From an uncultured Piscirickettsiaceae bacterium (GTDB lineage Bacteria; Pseudomonadota; Gammaproteobacteria; Thiomicrospirales; Thiomicrospiraceae): DNA of 57,682 nt. The notes under the pieces are model-generated. The model was not told the DNA's origin. It saw only the letters and a list, made by a program, of their open reading frames with translations, and made no database searches. Made by a program: the position numbers and the translations under genes. The stretch spans positions 1 to 57,682 of the forward strand of contig CAYOOU010000001.1 of the NCBI GenBank assembly GCA_964405635.1, given 5' to 3'. Below are positions 37,040-48,283 of this stretch, in pieces (positions within the stretch are counted from its first letter, which is position 1; each line of letters opens with the position of its first letter).

Positions 37040-37079
37040 GGTAGGACTGTTTTTTAGCTTTAAAATCCCCAGTCCTGCC
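37040..37079 (+). terminator. Hairpin after rpoC built from an inverted pair of the 18-nt motif core
   Basis: GGTAGGACTG (37040-37049) pairs with CAGTCCTGCC (37070-37079) over 10 bp with one G-U. 20-nt loop; followed by AATAAATTTT. Confidence 0.45.
37062..37079 (-). repeat. Dispersed 18-nt motif, copy C (18/18), intergenic
   Basis: AAAATCCCCAGTCCTGCC on the + strand. Confidence 0.8.
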
Positions 37080-37109
37080 AATAAATTTTGGATTTCAATA
37101 AGTTATTGC

Positions 37110-37138
37110 TTGACTTATTGATATTAGATCACTAAAAT
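37110..37138 (+). promoter_or_regulatory. Candidate sigma-70 promoter of the str operon
   Basis: TTGACT (37110-37115), 17-nt spacer, TAAAAT (37133-37138). Confidence 0.45.
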
Positions 37139-37153
37139 TCTTTAACCTTATTT

Positions 37154-37183
37154 GGCAGGCACATTGTGTCTGCCGTTTATTTT
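37154..37183 (+). terminator. Terminator-like hairpin between the candidate str promoter and rpsL
   Basis: GGCAGGCAC-ATT-GTGTCTGCC (9 bp, one G-U) followed by GTTTATTTT. The T-tract overlaps the target duplication of the adjacent MITE. Confidence 0.5.
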
Positions 37184-37185
37184 GG

Positions 37186-37344
37186 GAGACCTTTGCACGC
37201 GTGAGACGCGAGCTAAAAACGAGATAAAATTTATCTAATCGAGGCTGAAAATGTAGTCAATAGCTTGCTATTGGCAAGTTTTCTAACAAAGAATAGGTAA
37301 ATTTTAGCCATTTTTAGCCGTGGATTCACTCGTGCAAAGGTCTC
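37186..37344. mobile_element. MITE, family B, copy 1 (159 bp) with 5-bp target-site duplication TTTGG
   Basis: Terminal inverted repeats GAGACCTTTGCACGCGTGA / TCACTCGTGCAAAGGTCTC. Flanked by TTTGG at 37181-37185 and 37345-37349. Second copy at 56912. Confidence 0.85.
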
Positions 37345-37389
37345 TTTGGGTTATTGAGTTAATAAATCTCATAATGGAGTAAGAAATTA

Positions 37390-37764
37390 ATGGCTACTAT
37401 CAACCAGTTGGTGCGTAAGCCGCGTAAAGACAAGCCTAAAAAGTCTAACGTTCCCGCACTTGAGGCATGCCCTCAGCGTCGTGGCGTTTGTACGCGTGTT
37501 TATACCTCCACCCCTAAAAAGCCTAACTCGGCCCTGCGTAAAGTTGCGCGTGTGCGTCTTACCAATGGTTATGAAGTGACTTCATACATTGGTGGTGAAG
37601 GTCACAACCTTCAAGAGCACAGCGTGGTATTGATTCGTGGTGGTCGTGTAAAAGATTTGCCTGGTGTGCGTTATCACACAGTTCGCGGTGCATTGGATTG
37701 TGCTGGTGTGAAAGATCGTAAACAAGGTCGTTCTAAGTACGGTGCTAAGCGTCCAAAGAGCTAA
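37390..37764 (+). CDS. rpsL: 30S ribosomal protein S12
   Basis: [50 protein letters not shown]. Confidence 0.99.
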   Translation: MATINQLVRKPRKDKPKKSNVPALEACPQRRGVCTRVYTSTPKKPNSALRKVARVRLTNGYEVTSYIGGEGHNLQEHSVVLIRGGRVKDLPGVRYHTVRGALDCAGVKDRKQGRSKYGAKRPKS

Positions 37765-37819
37765 TAAATTATTATTAGTTGCTTGACATATGTTTAGCAA
37801 TTTTTGTTTTTGCTTTTAA

Positions 37820-38308
<489 letters not shown>

Positions 38309-38371
38309 GATTCAAAGGCTCCTTTCGAAGGGCCTTTATTTGTTTAAGCAGTTTAATAAAGGTTATAAAAA

Positions 38372-40474
38372 GTGGCACGTACGACTCCAATAGAAAGATA
38401 TCGTAACATCGGTATCATGGCGCATATCGATGCGGGGAAAACCACTACTACAGAGCGAATTTTGTACTACACTGGGATTTCCCACAAGATTGGTGAGGTG
38501 CACGATGGTGCAGCGACCATGGACTGGATGGAGCAGGAACAAGAGCGTGGAATCACCATTACCTCCGCAGCAACTACTTGCTTCTGGAAAGGGATGGCTA
38601 AGCAGTATCCAGAGCACCGTATTAATATTATCGACACCCCAGGTCACGTAGACTTTACCATTGAGGTAGAGCGTTCACTGCGTGTATTGGATGGTGCAGT
38701 AACCGCTTTCTGTTCAGTAGGGGCTGTTGAGCCTCAATCTGAAACAGTTTGGCGTCAAGCTGACAAATATCAAGTCCCTCGTATGGGCTTTGTTAACAAG
38801 ATGGACCGTGCAGGTGCAAACTTCCTAAATGTGGTTGAGCAAGTGAATACCCGTTTAGGTGCAAACCCTGTGGTGATGCAATTGCCAATCGGTGCTGAGG
38901 AAAACTTTGAAGGGATTATCGACCTAGTGAAGATGCAAGCCGTCTACTGGGAAGAAGAGAACATGGGGATGCAGTATTTCTATAAAGACATCCCTGAAGA
39001 GTATGTCGAACAAGCAGAAGAATATCGTGAGCTTTTGATTGAAGCGGCATCTGAAGCCAATGAAGAGTTGATGGATAAGTATCTGGAAGGTGAAGAGCTT
39101 TCAGAAGAAGAAATTAAAGCAGGTATCCGTCAGCGTTGTATCAATAATGAAATCGTTCCAATGTTCTGTGGTTCAGCCTTTAAGAACAAGGGTGTGCAGG
39201 CTCTGTTGGATGCAGTTATTGACTATATGCCTTCTCCTGTAGATATTCCTGCTATTGAAGGTGAGTTGGAAGATGGTTCAAAAGCAGCGCGTCCTGCAGA
39301 TGACAGCGAACCATTTGCAGCTCTGGCATTTAAGATTATGACTGATCCCTATGTAGGTACTCTAACCTTCTTCCGTGTCTATTCTGGTCATTTGAGTGCA
39401 GGTAGTGCTGTGTATAACTCTGTGAAGCAGAAGCGTGAGCGTATTGGTCGTCTGTTACAGATGCACTCTAATTCTCGTGAAGAGATTAAGGAAGTGTATG
39501 CAGGAGATATTGCTTGTGCGGTAGGTCTTAAAGATGTAACCACAGGGGATACCTTGTGTGATATCGATAACAAGATTGTGCTTGAGCGGATGGAATTCCC
39601 TGAGCCTGTTATCTCTATCGCCATTGAGCCTAAGACCAAAGCGGACCAAGAGAAGATGGGGATTGCCCTTCAGAAGTTGGCGGCAGAAGATCCTTCTTTC
39701 CGAGTTAAAACCGATGAAGAAACAGGTCAAACCATTATCTCCGGTATGGGCGAGCTTCACCTAGACATTATTGTTGACCGTATGAAGCGTGAGTTTGGTG
39801 TAGAAGCAAATGTGGGTGCACCACAAGTTTCTTACCGCGAAGCGATTCGTCAGCCAGTGGAAGCGGAAGGAAAGTTTGTTCGTCAATCTGGTGGTCGTGG
39901 TCAGTATGGTCATGTTGTGGTCAAATTTGAGCCGCTTCCTCCTGGAACCGGTTTTGAATTTGAAAACGCCATCGTTGGAGGGGTTGTTCCTCGTGAATAC
40001 ATCCCTGCCGTTGAGAAGGGTATTCAAGACCAACTGGAAAATGGTGTAATTGCTGGATATCCAATTGTTGATGTGAAGGCGACTCTATTTGATGGTTCTT
40101 ACCATGATGTAGATTCTAACGAAACTGCCTTCCGTGTTGCAGCCGGTATGGCGGTTAAAAATGGTGTTCAGGATGCTAACCCTGCAATTCTGGAGCCTAT
40201 TATGGCTGTGGAAGTAACGACTCCTGAAGAGTATATGGGAGACGTTATGGGTGACTTGAACCGTCGTCGTGGTCTAGTACAGAGCATGGAAGATATCCCA
40301 ACCGGTAAGAAAATTAAGGCAGAAGTGCCTCTTTCTGAAATGTTTGGATATGCCACTCAGCTTCGCTCCTTGACTCAAGGGCGTGCTAGCTACAGCATGG
40401 TGTTTGAGAAGTACAATGAAGCACCAGCCAATATTCAGGAAGAGATTATTGCCGCCTCTAAAAAAGGTGGGTAA
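38372..40474 (+). CDS. fusA: Elongation factor G
   Basis: 700 aa; GTG start; [35 protein letters not shown]. Confidence 0.98.
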   Translation: MARTTPIERYRNIGIMAHIDAGKTTTTERILYYTGISHKIGEVHDGAATMDWMEQEQERGITITSAATTCFWKGMAKQYPEHRINIIDTPGHVDFTIEVERSLRVLDGAVTAFCSVGAVEPQSETVWRQADKYQVPRMGFVNKMDRAGANFLNVVEQVNTRLGANPVVMQLPIGAEENFEGIIDLVKMQAVYWEEENMGMQYFYKDIPEEYVEQAEEYRELLIEAASEANEELMDKYLEGEELSEEEIKAGIRQRCINNEIVPMFCGSAFKNKGVQALLDAVIDYMPSPVDIPAIEGELEDGSKAARPADDSEPFAALAFKIMTDPYVGTLTFFRVYSGHLSAGSAVYNSVKQKRERIGRLLQMHSNSREEIKEVYAGDIACAVGLKDVTTGDTLCDIDNKIVLERMEFPEPVISIAIEPKTKADQEKMGIALQKLAAEDPSFRVKTDEETGQTIISGMGELHLDIIVDRMKREFGVEANVGAPQVSYREAIRQPVEAEGKFVRQSGGRGQYGHVVVKFEPLPPGTGFEFENAIVGGVVPREYIPAVEKGIQDQLENGVIAGYPIVDVKATLFDGSYHDVDSNETAFRVAAGMAVKNGVQDANPAILEPIMAVEVTTPEEYMGDVMGDLNRRRGLVQSMEDIPTGKKIKAEVPLSEMFGYATQLRSLTQGRASYSMVFEKYNEAPANIQEEIIAASKKGG

Positions 40475-40567
40475 TCTTTAAACTGTAATTTTTAATGTCG
40501 CTATAAGGCTGTGCCTTGTAGCGATTTTTGTGTTTAAACCCTTGTGATTTAAAAGAAGGAAATTAAA

Positions 40568-41758
40568 ATGGCAAAGGAAAAGTTTGAAAGAACGAAACCC
40601 CATGTAAACGTAGGAACAATCGGCCACGTTGACCATGGTAAAACCACACTAACAGCGGCACTAACCATTGTGCAAGGAAAGAAGTTCGGAGGAGAAGTTA
40701 AAGACTACTCAGCCATCGATAACGCGCCAGAAGAAAGAGAGCGTGGAATCACCATCTCAACTGCACACGTAGAATACGAATCAGAAACTCGTCACTACGC
40801 TCACGTAGACTGCCCAGGTCACGCCGACTATGTTAAAAACATGATTACCGGTGCGGCACAAATGGATGGCGCAATCCTAGTATGTTCTGCAGCTGATGGC
40901 CCAATGCCTCAGACTCGTGAGCACATTCTACTCTCTCGTCAGGTAGGTGTACCTTACATCGTTGTATACCTAAACAAAGCTGACATGGTAGATGACGAAG
41001 AGCTTATCGAGCTAGTAGAAATGGAAGTACGTGAGCTACTAGACCAGTACGAATTCCCAGGTGACGACACCCCAGTAATCATTGGTTCAGCTCTAAAAGC
41101 TATCGAAGGTGACCAGTCAGAAATTGGTGAGCCATCTATCACACGTCTTGTTGCTGCAATGGATGAGTACATCCCAACGCCAGAGCGCGACACAGACAAG
41201 CCATTCCTAATGCCTGTAGAAGACATCTTCTCAATCCAAGGTCGTGGAACAGTAGCAACCGGCCGTGTCGAAACGGGTGTGATTAAAGTGGGTGAAGAGA
41301 TTGAAATCGTAGGTATTCGCCCAACTCAAAAAACGACCGTTACGGGTGTAGAAATGTTCCGTAAGCTTCTAGACCAAGGTGAAGCGGGTGATAACGTAGG
41401 TATCCTACTACGTGGAACCAAGCGTGAAGACATCGAGCGTGGGCAAGTATTGGCACACCCAGGTACCATTACACCACACACCAAGTTTGAAGCAGAAGTC
41501 TATGTATTGTCAAAAGACGAAGGTGGGCGTCACACGCCATTCTTCAACGGCTACCGTCCACAGTTCTACTTCCGTACCACTGATGTAACTGGCGCATGTC
41601 AGCTACCAGAAGGTGTAGAAATGGTTATGCCAGGTGACAACGTACAGATGACTGTAGAGTTGATCAACCCAATCGCCATGGATGAAGGACTACGCTTCGC
41701 GATCCGTGAAGGTGGTCGTACCGTTGGTGCTGGTGTGGTTTCTTCTATCATCGAATAA
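40568..41758 (+). CDS. tuf: Elongation factor Tu (tufA-position copy)
   Basis: 396 aa, identical protein to 23898..25088. The DNA is identical for 1178 nt. Confidence 0.98.
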   Translation: MAKEKFERTKPHVNVGTIGHVDHGKTTLTAALTIVQGKKFGGEVKDYSAIDNAPEERERGITISTAHVEYESETRHYAHVDCPGHADYVKNMITGAAQMDGAILVCSAADGPMPQTREHILLSRQVGVPYIVVYLNKADMVDDEELIELVEMEVRELLDQYEFPGDDTPVIIGSALKAIEGDQSEIGEPSITRLVAAMDEYIPTPERDTDKPFLMPVEDIFSIQGRGTVATGRVETGVIKVGEEIEIVGIRPTQKTTVTGVEMFRKLLDQGEAGDNVGILLRGTKREDIERGQVLAHPGTITPHTKFEAEVYVLSKDEGGRHTPFFNGYRPQFYFRTTDVTGACQLPEGVEMVMPGDNVQMTVELINPIAMDEGLRFAIREGGRTVGAGVVSSIIE

Positions 41759-41810
41759 ACCCCGCTTTGCACCCTGTGTGCATAAATCTTTGATGGTATT
41801 AAATAAAGTG

Positions 41811-41839
41811 TTGTAATTTCAACCCATTTTATTTATAAT
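41811..41839 (+). promoter_or_regulatory. Candidate sigma-70 promoter of the S10 operon
   Basis: TTGTAA (41811-41816), 17-nt spacer, TATAAT (41834-41839). Confidence 0.55.
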
Positions 41840-41854
41840 CCGTCGTCTAAATGT

Positions 41855-41887
41855 AGCAGCGCTCATTGAGCGCTGCTTTTCTTTTTC
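41855..41887 (+). terminator. Leader attenuator-type terminator upstream of rpsJ
   Basis: AGCAGCGCTC-ATT-GAGCGCTGCT (10-bp perfect stem) followed by TTTCTTTTTC, 22 nt before the rpsJ ATG. Confidence 0.6.
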
Positions 41888-41908
41888 TAAAAAAGCGAGA
41901 ATTTGTCT

Positions 41909-42220
41909 ATGGCAACTCAAAATATTCGTATTCGTTTGAAGGCTTTTGATCACCGTTTGATCGATCAGTCCGCAAAAGAAATTACGGAAACAGCAAAAAG
42001 AACAGGTGCCCAAGTTCGTGGTCCTATTCCTCTGCCAACTCGTAAAGAACGCTTTACTGTTTTGATTTCTCCACACGTAAATAAAGATGCGCGTGATCAA
42101 TATGAGATTCGTACACATAAGCGTTTATTAGACATCATTGATCCAACAGACAAAACTGTTGATGCATTGATGAAGTTAGATTTGGCTGCAGGTGTAGATG
42201 TTCAATTAGAATTACGTTAA
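41909..42220 (+). CDS. rpsJ: 30S ribosomal protein S10
   Basis: [25 protein letters not shown] from ATG 41909 (the track start 41903 is a TTG two codons upstream). Confidence 0.98.
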   Translation: MATQNIRIRLKAFDHRLIDQSAKEITETAKRTGAQVRGPIPLPTRKERFTVLISPHVNKDARDQYEIRTHKRLLDIIDPTDKTVDALMKLDLAAGVDVQLELR

Positions 42221-42281
42221 TTCTAAGTGATTGTTTAGCTGTCAATCGTAATGGCTAAACTTAATAATAATGAGGTAAAAG

Positions 42282-42917
42282 ATGAGTATTGGAATCATTG
42301 GAAAGAAAGTCGGAATGACTCGTGTCTTTACAGAAGACGGTGTTTCGATTCCAGTTACTGTTGTTAAGGTTGATAATAACCGCATCACTCAGTTAAAAAC
42401 TGAAGAGACCGATGGTTATACAGCTGTACAAGTAACAACAGGTTCTGTTCACGCAGGCCGCGTTAACAAGCCGACTGCTGGCCACTTTGCAAAAGCAGGT
42501 GTTGAGGCAGGTGAAGGTTTGTGGGAGTTTAGAGTTTCTGCAGATGAGATTGGTAACTACGAAGTTGGTGCTGAAGTTTCTGTTGAGGTTTTAGATGGCG
42601 TTGAAAAAGTTGATGTGACTGGAACCACTAAAGGTAAAGGGTTTGCCGGTGCTGTTAAGCGTCACAACTTCGCAACGCAAGATTTCTCCCATGGTAACTC
42701 TGTTTCTCACAGAGCGCCAGGTTCAATTGGACAAAACCAAACCCCAGGTCGTGTTTTTAAAGGTAAGAAAATGGCCGGACACATGGGGAATGTGCGTCAA
42801 ACCACTCAAAACTTAGAGTTGGTAAAAGTTGATCCTGAGAATGGACTTCTGCTTATTAAAGGTGCAGTTCCTGGTGCTAAGCAAAGTGTTGTAATGGTTA
42901 CTAAGGCGGTTAAGTAA
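42282..42917 (+). CDS. rplC: 50S ribosomal protein L3
   Basis: 211 aa; [20 protein letters not shown]. Confidence 0.98.
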   Translation: MSIGIIGKKVGMTRVFTEDGVSIPVTVVKVDNNRITQLKTEETDGYTAVQVTTGSVHAGRVNKPTAGHFAKAGVEAGEGLWEFRVSADEIGNYEVGAEVSVEVLDGVEKVDVTGTTKGKGFAGAVKRHNFATQDFSHGNSVSHRAPGSIGQNQTPGRVFKGKKMAGHMGNVRQTTQNLELVKVDPENGLLLIKGAVPGAKQSVVMVTKAVK

Positions 42918-42927
42918 GGTGAGCACT

Positions 42928-43548
42928 ATGGATTTAAAATTAATGAAATCAGATGGCACTGAAACTGGACAGACGCTTTCCGTAGCGGATTCAGTTTTTG
43001 GTGCTGAATTTAATGAGCCTTTGGTTCATCAAGTTGTGAACGCTTATTTGGCTGGTAGCCGTTCTGGTACCAAAGCACAAAAGAATCGTGCAGCAGTGAG
43101 TGGTGGTGGTGCTAAGCCATGGCGTCAAAAAGGAACTGGCCGTGCGCGTGCCGGTACTATTCGTAGCCCACTCTGGGTTGGTGGCGGACGTGCGTTCCCA
43201 GGTCACAACCGTGACTTTTCGCAGAAAGTGAATCGTAAAATGTACCGTGGTGCAATCAAGTCAATTTTGTCTGAACTAAACCGTAAAGGCCGTTTGGTCG
43301 TGGTTGACGATTTCAAAGTAGATGCACCAAAAACCAAATTGTTCAAAGAGAAGTTGGATCAGTTGAATCTAAAAGATGCTTTGGTTGTTACCGAAGCTTT
43401 TGATGAAAATCTATACCTTTCTTCTCGCAACCTATATGCAGCTGATGTCTGTGATGTGAAGTCAATTGACCCTGTCAGCCTAGTAGGCTACGGCACAATT
43501 GTCATGACTCAGGGTGCAGTCAAGCAACTTGAGGAGGCTTTGGCATGA
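42928..43548 (+). CDS. rplD: 50S ribosomal protein L4
   Basis: [10 protein letters not shown]...[19 protein letters not shown] 42928 is preceded by AAGGTGA (the track GTG start is 42919). Confidence 0.96.
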   Translation: MDLKLMKSDGTETGQTLSVADSVFGAEFNEPLVHQVVNAYLAGSRSGTKAQKNRAAVSGGGAKPWRQKGTGRARAGTIRSPLWVGGGRAFPGHNRDFSQKVNRKMYRGAIKSILSELNRKGRLVVVDDFKVDAPKTKLFKEKLDQLNLKDALVVTEAFDENLYLSSRNLYAADVCDVKSIDPVSLVGYGTIVMTQGAVKQLEEALA

Positions 43549-43838
43549 ATCAAGAAAGATTGTTAAAAGTATTATTAGCACCACATGTGTCTGAAAAGTC
43601 TGCCATTATGGCTGACAAGGCAGACCAATATGTGTTTAAGGTTGCACCGGATGCGACAAAACCAGAAGTGAAAACTGCTGTTGAGTCTTTGTTTGATGTT
43701 AAGGTTAAGTCTGTGAACATGATTAACATTAAAGGGAAAACAAAGATGTTTAAAGGTCGTGCAGGTAAGCGTAATGATACACGTAAGGCCATTGTACGCC
43801 TGATGCCGGGTCAAGAAATTGACTTCATTGGTGAATAG
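43545..43838 (+). CDS. rplW: 50S ribosomal protein L23
   Basis: 97 aa; [19 protein letters not shown]. Confidence 0.97.
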   Translation: MNQERLLKVLLAPHVSEKSAIMADKADQYVFKVAPDATKPEVKTAVESLFDVKVKSVNMINIKGKTKMFKGRAGKRNDTRKAIVRLMPGQEIDFIGE

Positions 43839-43848
43839 GAGAATATAG

Positions 43849-44679
43849 ATGGCTATTATTAAAAAATCAAAACCTACCTCACCAGGTCGCCGCTTTGTTG
43901 TAAGTGTTGTTGAGCCTGATCTTCACAAAGGTAAGCCTTATGCACCGCTTCTTTCTAAAAAGAGCAAGAAGGGTGGTCGTAACAACAACGGTCGTATCAC
44001 TGTGCGTCACCAAGGTGGTGGACACAAGCAGCATTACCGCATGATCGACTTTAAGCGTACCAAGGATGGTGTGCCAGCAGTCGTTGAGCGCATGGAATAT
44101 GATCCAAACCGTTCTGCACATATCCTTTTATTAAAGTATGCAGATGGTGAGCGTGCTTATATTTTGGCCCCTAAGAACGTTAAGCAGGGTGACAAAATTG
44201 AATCTGGTGAAGTCGTTGCTATCAAACCTGGTAATGCGATGCCTTTACGTAACATTCCTGTGGGTACAGTGGTTCACGCAATTGAAATGCGTCCTGGAAA
44301 AGGCGCGCAAATCGCTCGTAGTGCAGGAACTTCTGCGCAGATTGCTGGAAAGGAAGGCGGTTATGTATTGCTTAAGCTCCGTTCAGGAGAAATGCGCAAG
44401 ATTCATGCAAACTGTCGTGCAACCATTGGTGAAGTGGGTAATGCGGAGCACAACCTTCGTAAGCTGGGTAAAGCTGGTGCAAAACGCTGGAGAGGGGTTC
44501 GCCCAACTGTGCGTGGTGTGGCGATGAACCCAGTAGATCACCCACATGGTGGTGGTGAAGGCCGTACCTCTGGTGGTCGTAACCCTGTAACACCTTGGGG
44601 TGTACCGACTAAAGGTAAGAAAACTCGTAAAAATAAGCGTACAGACAATATGATTGTCCGTCGTCGTCATAAGAAATAA
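43849..44679 (+). CDS. rplB: 50S ribosomal protein L2
   Basis: 276 aa; [16 protein letters not shown]...; [13 protein letters not shown]. Confidence 0.99.
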   Translation: MAIIKKSKPTSPGRRFVVSVVEPDLHKGKPYAPLLSKKSKKGGRNNNGRITVRHQGGGHKQHYRMIDFKRTKDGVPAVVERMEYDPNRSAHILLLKYADGERAYILAPKNVKQGDKIESGEVVAIKPGNAMPLRNIPVGTVVHAIEMRPGKGAQIARSAGTSAQIAGKEGGYVLLKLRSGEMRKIHANCRATIGEVGNAEHNLRKLGKAGAKRWRGVRPTVRGVAMNPVDHPHGGGEGRTSGGRNPVTPWGVPTKGKKTRKNKRTDNMIVRRRHKK

Positions 44680-44691
44680 GGAAGGACACTG

Positions 44692-44967
44692 ATGCCACGT
44701 TCAGTTAAAAAAGGACCTTTTGTAGATCACCACTTATGGAAAAAAGTGGTTGAGGCACAAGAATCTGGTAATAAGCGTCCAATCAAAACCTGGTCAAGAA
44801 GATCGATGATCTTACCTGAGATGATTGGATTAACAATTGCTGTTCATAACGGTAGAGAGCATGTGCCGGTTTTCATTTCTGAGAACATGGTTGGGCACAA
44901 GCTTGGAGAATTCTCCATGACACGTACTTATCGTGGTCATGCTGCAGATAAGAAGGCTAAGAGGTAA
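44692..44967 (+). CDS. rpsS: 30S ribosomal protein S19
   Basis: 91 aa; [15 protein letters not shown]. Confidence 0.98.
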   Translation: MPRSVKKGPFVDHHLWKKVVEAQESGNKRPIKTWSRRSMILPEMIGLTIAVHNGREHVPVFISENMVGHKLGEFSMTRTYRGHAADKKAKR

Positions 44968-44972
44968 CGATT

Positions 44973-45305
44973 ATGCAAGTCAGTGCAACTCATAAATTTG
45001 CCCGTATCTCTCCGCAAAAAGCTCGTCTTGTTGCAGATATGATTAGAGGTAAAGACGTTGAAACCGCTGTGAATATTTTGGAATTCACCAATAAAAAAGC
45101 AGCAGAATTAATGAAGAAGGTTCTAAATTCAGCGATTGCAAATGCTGAGAATAACGAAGGTGCAGACATTGATGAACTCAAAGTCACAGCAGCTTATGTT
45201 AATGAAGGGCCAACTATGAAAAGAATGCGTGCACGTGCTAAAGGCCGTGGAACCCGTATTCTTAAACGTACAAGTCATATCACCGTCACTGTTGGTGACG
45301 AATAA
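44973..45305 (+). CDS. rplV: 50S ribosomal protein L22
   Basis: 110 aa; ...[18 protein letters not shown]. Confidence 0.97.
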   Translation: MQVSATHKFARISPQKARLVADMIRGKDVETAVNILEFTNKKAAELMKKVLNSAIANAENNEGADIDELKVTAAYVNEGPTMKRMRARAKGRGTRILKRTSHITVTVGDE

Positions 45306-45316
45306 GGAGAGCCAGA

Positions 45317-46003
45317 ATGGGTCAAAAAGTACATCCTATTGGAATTCGTCTTGGAATTACCAAAGATTGGAATGCTCGCTGGTATGCAGATAGTCATAAC
45401 TATTCTGATTTCCTTATCAGTGACTTTGAAATTCGCAAAGAACTCAATGAAAAGCTTAGCCACGCATCTGTAAGCAAAATCAATATTGAGCGCGTTGCCA
45501 ACGGTATCCGTGTCACCATTCATACAGCCCGTCCAGGTGTTGTTATTGGTAAGAAGGGTGAGGATATTGAAAAGCTTAAGCAAGCTTTGGTAAAGAAGAC
45601 TGGTATGCCAGTTAACATCAATATCGAAGAGATTAAGAAGCCTGAGCTAGATGCTAAGCTGGTTGCAGAGAATATTGCTCAACAGCTTGAAAAGCGTATT
45701 CAGTTCCGCCGTGCGATGAAGCGTGCAGTAGGAAATGCGATGCGTTTGGGTGCTGAAGGAATCAAGATCAATGTATCGGGGCGTCTAAACGGTGCAGAAA
45801 TTGCCCGTGCAGAGTGGTATCGTGAAGGGCGTGTACCTTTGCATACCTTCCGTGCAGATATTGATTATGCAACCTTTGAAGCAAATACAACTTACGGCAT
45901 CATTGGCATTAAGGTTTGGATCTTTAAGGGTGAAAAACTGGGTAAGTTATCATTGACCAATGATAATGGTTCGAACACTAAAGGCAAAAAAGGCCGTAAA
46001 TAA
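45317..46003 (+). CDS. rpsC: 30S ribosomal protein S3
   Basis: 228 aa; [18 protein letters not shown]. Confidence 0.98.
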   Translation: MGQKVHPIGIRLGITKDWNARWYADSHNYSDFLISDFEIRKELNEKLSHASVSKINIERVANGIRVTIHTARPGVVIGKKGEDIEKLKQALVKKTGMPVNINIEEIKKPELDAKLVAENIAQQLEKRIQFRRAMKRAVGNAMRLGAEGIKINVSGRLNGAEIARAEWYREGRVPLHTFRADIDYATFEANTTYGIIGIKVWIFKGEKLGKLSLTNDNGSNTKGKKGRK

Positions 46004-46017
46004 GAGGATAACTGATT

Positions 46018-46431
46018 ATGTTAATGCCTAAGCGTACCAAATTCAGAAAAGTTCAGAAAGGACGCAACCGTGGTTTGGCAAACGTTGGTAATAAGGTTAG
46101 CTTCGGTGATTACGGTCTTAAAGCCTTAGAAAGAGGTCGTATGACTTCTCGCCAAATCGAAGCTGGTCGTCGTGTGATGACTCGTCATGTAAAGCGTGGA
46201 GCTAAAATCTGGATCCGCGTTTTCCCTGACAAGCCGATTACCAAAAAGCCATTGGAAGTTCGTATGGGTAAAGGTAAAGGTAGCGTAGAATACTGGGTGG
46301 CACAAATCCAGCCAGGTCGTGTACTTTACGAAATCCAAGGGGTTGAAGAGTCAATTGCTCGTAAAGCCTTTGAACTGGCAGCAGCCAAACTTCCATTTAA
46401 AACCCAAGTAGTCAAAAGAACGGTGATGTAA
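46018..46431 (+). CDS. rplP: 50S ribosomal protein L16
   Basis: 137 aa; [19 protein letters not shown]. Confidence 0.98.
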   Translation: MLMPKRTKFRKVQKGRNRGLANVGNKVSFGDYGLKALERGRMTSRQIEAGRRVMTRHVKRGAKIWIRVFPDKPITKKPLEVRMGKGKGSVEYWVAQIQPGRVLYEIQGVEESIARKAFELAAAKLPFKTQVVKRTVM

Positions 46432-46432
46432 A

Positions 46433-46624
46433 ATGTCTGCAGAATCTTTAAAAGAAAAAACCATTCCAGAATTGGAACAAGAGTTGGTTGAATTGTTAAA
46501 AGAGCAGTTCAACTTAAGAATGCAGCATTCTACAGGTCAGCTGAAGAATACTGCGCGTATTAAGACTGTCCGACGTTCTATTGCACGCGTTAAAACCTTC
46601 ATTAAAATGAAGGGAGGTAAGTAA
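46433..46624 (+). CDS. rpmC: 50S ribosomal protein L29
   Basis: 63 aa; conserved position; [16 protein letters not shown]. Confidence 0.95.
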   Translation: MSAESLKEKTIPELEQELVELLKEQFNLRMQHSTGQLKNTARIKTVRRSIARVKTFIKMKGGK

Positions 46625-46626
46625 GA

Positions 46627-46890
46627 ATGTCTGAACAAGCTAAAAAATCTCGTACATTACAGGGTGTTGTCGTCAGTAACAAAATGGATAAGTCCATTGT
46701 TGTTTCTGTAGAGCGCTTTATTAAGCATCCTAAGTACAAGAAGTTTATTCGTAAATCAACCAAGATTATGGCGCATGATGCGGAAAATACTTGCAACATT
46801 GGTGACACTGTTACCATTGAAGAAGTTAAGCCGCTATCAAAGAACAAAGCCTGGTCTTTGGTCAGTGTGGATGCAAAAGCTGCTTTATAA
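46627..46890 (+). CDS. rpsQ: 30S ribosomal protein S17
   Basis: 87 aa; [18 protein letters not shown]. Confidence 0.97.
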   Translation: MSEQAKKSRTLQGVVVSNKMDKSIVVSVERFIKHPKYKKFIRKSTKIMAHDAENTCNIGDTVTIEEVKPLSKNKAWSLVSVDAKAAL

Positions 46891-46897
46891 GCTTTAA

Positions 46898-46933
46898 GCG
46901 ACAATTAAATCTGATTTAATTGTTACCGCTTTT
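46898..46933 (+). terminator. AT-rich hairpin plus T-run after rpsQ (end of S10 operon)
   Basis: ACAATTAAAT-CTG-ATTTAATTGT extended by GCG/CGC, followed by TTTT. Confidence 0.45.
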
Positions 46934-46961
46934 ATAACCAAGCCAATTTTTGAATTGGGAC

Positions 46962-46990
46962 TAGTTATATTAGCGGTTTTCGTGTATAAT
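46962..46990 (+). promoter_or_regulatory. Candidate spc-operon promoter
   Basis: Consensus TATAAT at 46985-46990 with TG immediately upstream. Weak -35 (TAGTTA) at 17-nt spacing. Confidence 0.35.
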
Positions 46991-47028
46991 CCGCTTTTTT
47001 CAAAATATTGTATGGATGGAGTCCCACC

Positions 47029-47397
47029 ATGATTCAAATGCAAACCGTACTCAATGTGGCTGATAACAGTGGCGCACGTCGAGTTCAGTGTATCAAAGTG
47101 CTTGGCGGCTCAAAGCGTCGTTATGCCAGTGTTGGGGATGTGATTAAAGTTTCTGTTAAAGAAGCAAATCCTCGCGGAAAAGTAAAAAAAGGTGACGTGA
47201 TGAATGCTGTGGTCGTTCGTACCGCTAAAGGTGTTCGTCGTCCTGATGGTTCTAAAATCAAGTTTGATGATAACGCAGCAGTTATCCTTAATAACAAACT
47301 TGAGCCAATTGGAACACGTGTTTTTGGTCCTGTCACCCGTGAGTTGAGAAACGATAAGTTTATGAAGATCGTTTCCCTTGCACCAGAAGTTTTATAA
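47029..47397 (+). CDS. rplN: 50S ribosomal protein L14
   Basis: [28 protein letters not shown] from ATG 47029, preceded by GGAG (the track start 47008 is upstream). Confidence 0.98.
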   Translation: MIQMQTVLNVADNSGARRVQCIKVLGGSKRRYASVGDVIKVSVKEANPRGKVKKGDVMNAVVVRTAKGVRRPDGSKIKFDDNAAVILNNKLEPIGTRVFGPVTRELRNDKFMKIVSLAPEVL

Positions 47398-47406
47398 GGA
47401 TTTAAG

Positions 47407-47721
47407 ATGAATCGTTTAATTAAAGGTGACTTGGTGGTTGTTATTGCGGGCAAAGATAAAGGCAAGCAAGGTACCATCGCAAAAGTTTTACAGAATGGTA
47501 AGGTTGTTGTTGATGGCATCAATCTCGCAAAAAAACATGTGAAGCCAAACCCAATGACTGGTGAAGCAGGTGGAATTGTTGAGAAAGAAATGCCAATCGA
47601 TGCATCGAATGTTGCGCTATTCAACCCAGAAACTCAAAAGCCAGAAAAAGTGAGCTTTAAAGAGATTGATGGCAAGAAAGTGCGAGTTTTTCGTAAGTCT
47701 GGTAAGCCAGTTAGCGCTTGA
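47407..47721 (+). CDS. rplX: 50S ribosomal protein L24
   Basis: 104 aa; KGDLVVVIAGKDKGKQG KOW motif. Confidence 0.97.
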   Translation: MNRLIKGDLVVVIAGKDKGKQGTIAKVLQNGKVVVDGINLAKKHVKPNPMTGEAGGIVEKEMPIDASNVALFNPETQKPEKVSFKEIDGKKVRVFRKSGKPVSA

Positions 47722-47733
47722 TAGGGAATTAAA

Positions 47734-48273
47734 ATGGCAAGATTAAAAGAGTTGTATCAAAACCAAATCGTTTCTCAACTGGTTGAGAAGTTTGGTTATA
47801 AAACTCCTATGCAAGCGCCCAAGTTAACAAAGATCACGATTAACATGGGTGTTGGCGAGGCTTTAGGAGATAAGAAGACATTGGATAATGCCATGTCTGA
47901 TTTAGAATTAATTGCAGGGCAAAAGCCAATCAAGACAATTGCTCGTAAGTCTGTTGCAAGCTTTAAGGTTCGTGAAGGCTATCCAATTGGATGTAAAGTG
48001 ACCTTGCGTGGCGAAAGAATGTATGAGTTCCTAGATCGTCTAGTTAATATTGCACTTCCACGTGTAAGAGACTTTCGTGGAGTGAGTGCAACGGCTTTTG
48101 ATGGTCGAGGCAACTATAACATGGGTCTAAAAGAGCAGATTATCTTCCCAGAGATCGTCTTTGAAAAAGTAGATAAGATCCGTGGTATGGATATTAACTT
48201 TACGACCACAGCAAATACTAATGAAGAAGCTAAAGCGTTGTTAGAAGCCTTTAACTTCCCATTTAAGAAATAA
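47734..48273 (+). CDS. rplE: 50S ribosomal protein L5
   Basis: 179 aa; [13 protein letters not shown]... Confidence 0.98.
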   Translation: MARLKELYQNQIVSQLVEKFGYKTPMQAPKLTKITINMGVGEALGDKKTLDNAMSDLELIAGQKPIKTIARKSVASFKVREGYPIGCKVTLRGERMYEFLDRLVNIALPRVRDFRGVSATAFDGRGNYNMGLKEQIIFPEIVFEKVDKIRGMDINFTTTANTNEEAKALLEAFNFPFKK

Positions 48274-48283
48274 GAGGTTTATT

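Noticed and set aside
37346-37389. Possible promoter between the MITE and rpsL (TTGGGT-18-CATAAT)
   Set aside because: The predicted start would fall at or after the GGAG Shine-Dalgarno of rpsL, so it cannot serve the gene.
44138-44527. 129-aa alternate-frame ORF within rplB, plus 30713-31063, 33369-33749 and other ORFs inside rpoB/rpoC/fusA
   Set aside because: These are off-frame or antisense ORFs within strongly conserved genes, with no independent support.
47121-47624. 167-aa antisense ORF across rplN-rplX
   Set aside because: It is antisense to two highly conserved ribosomal protein genes, with low-complexity composition and no start context.
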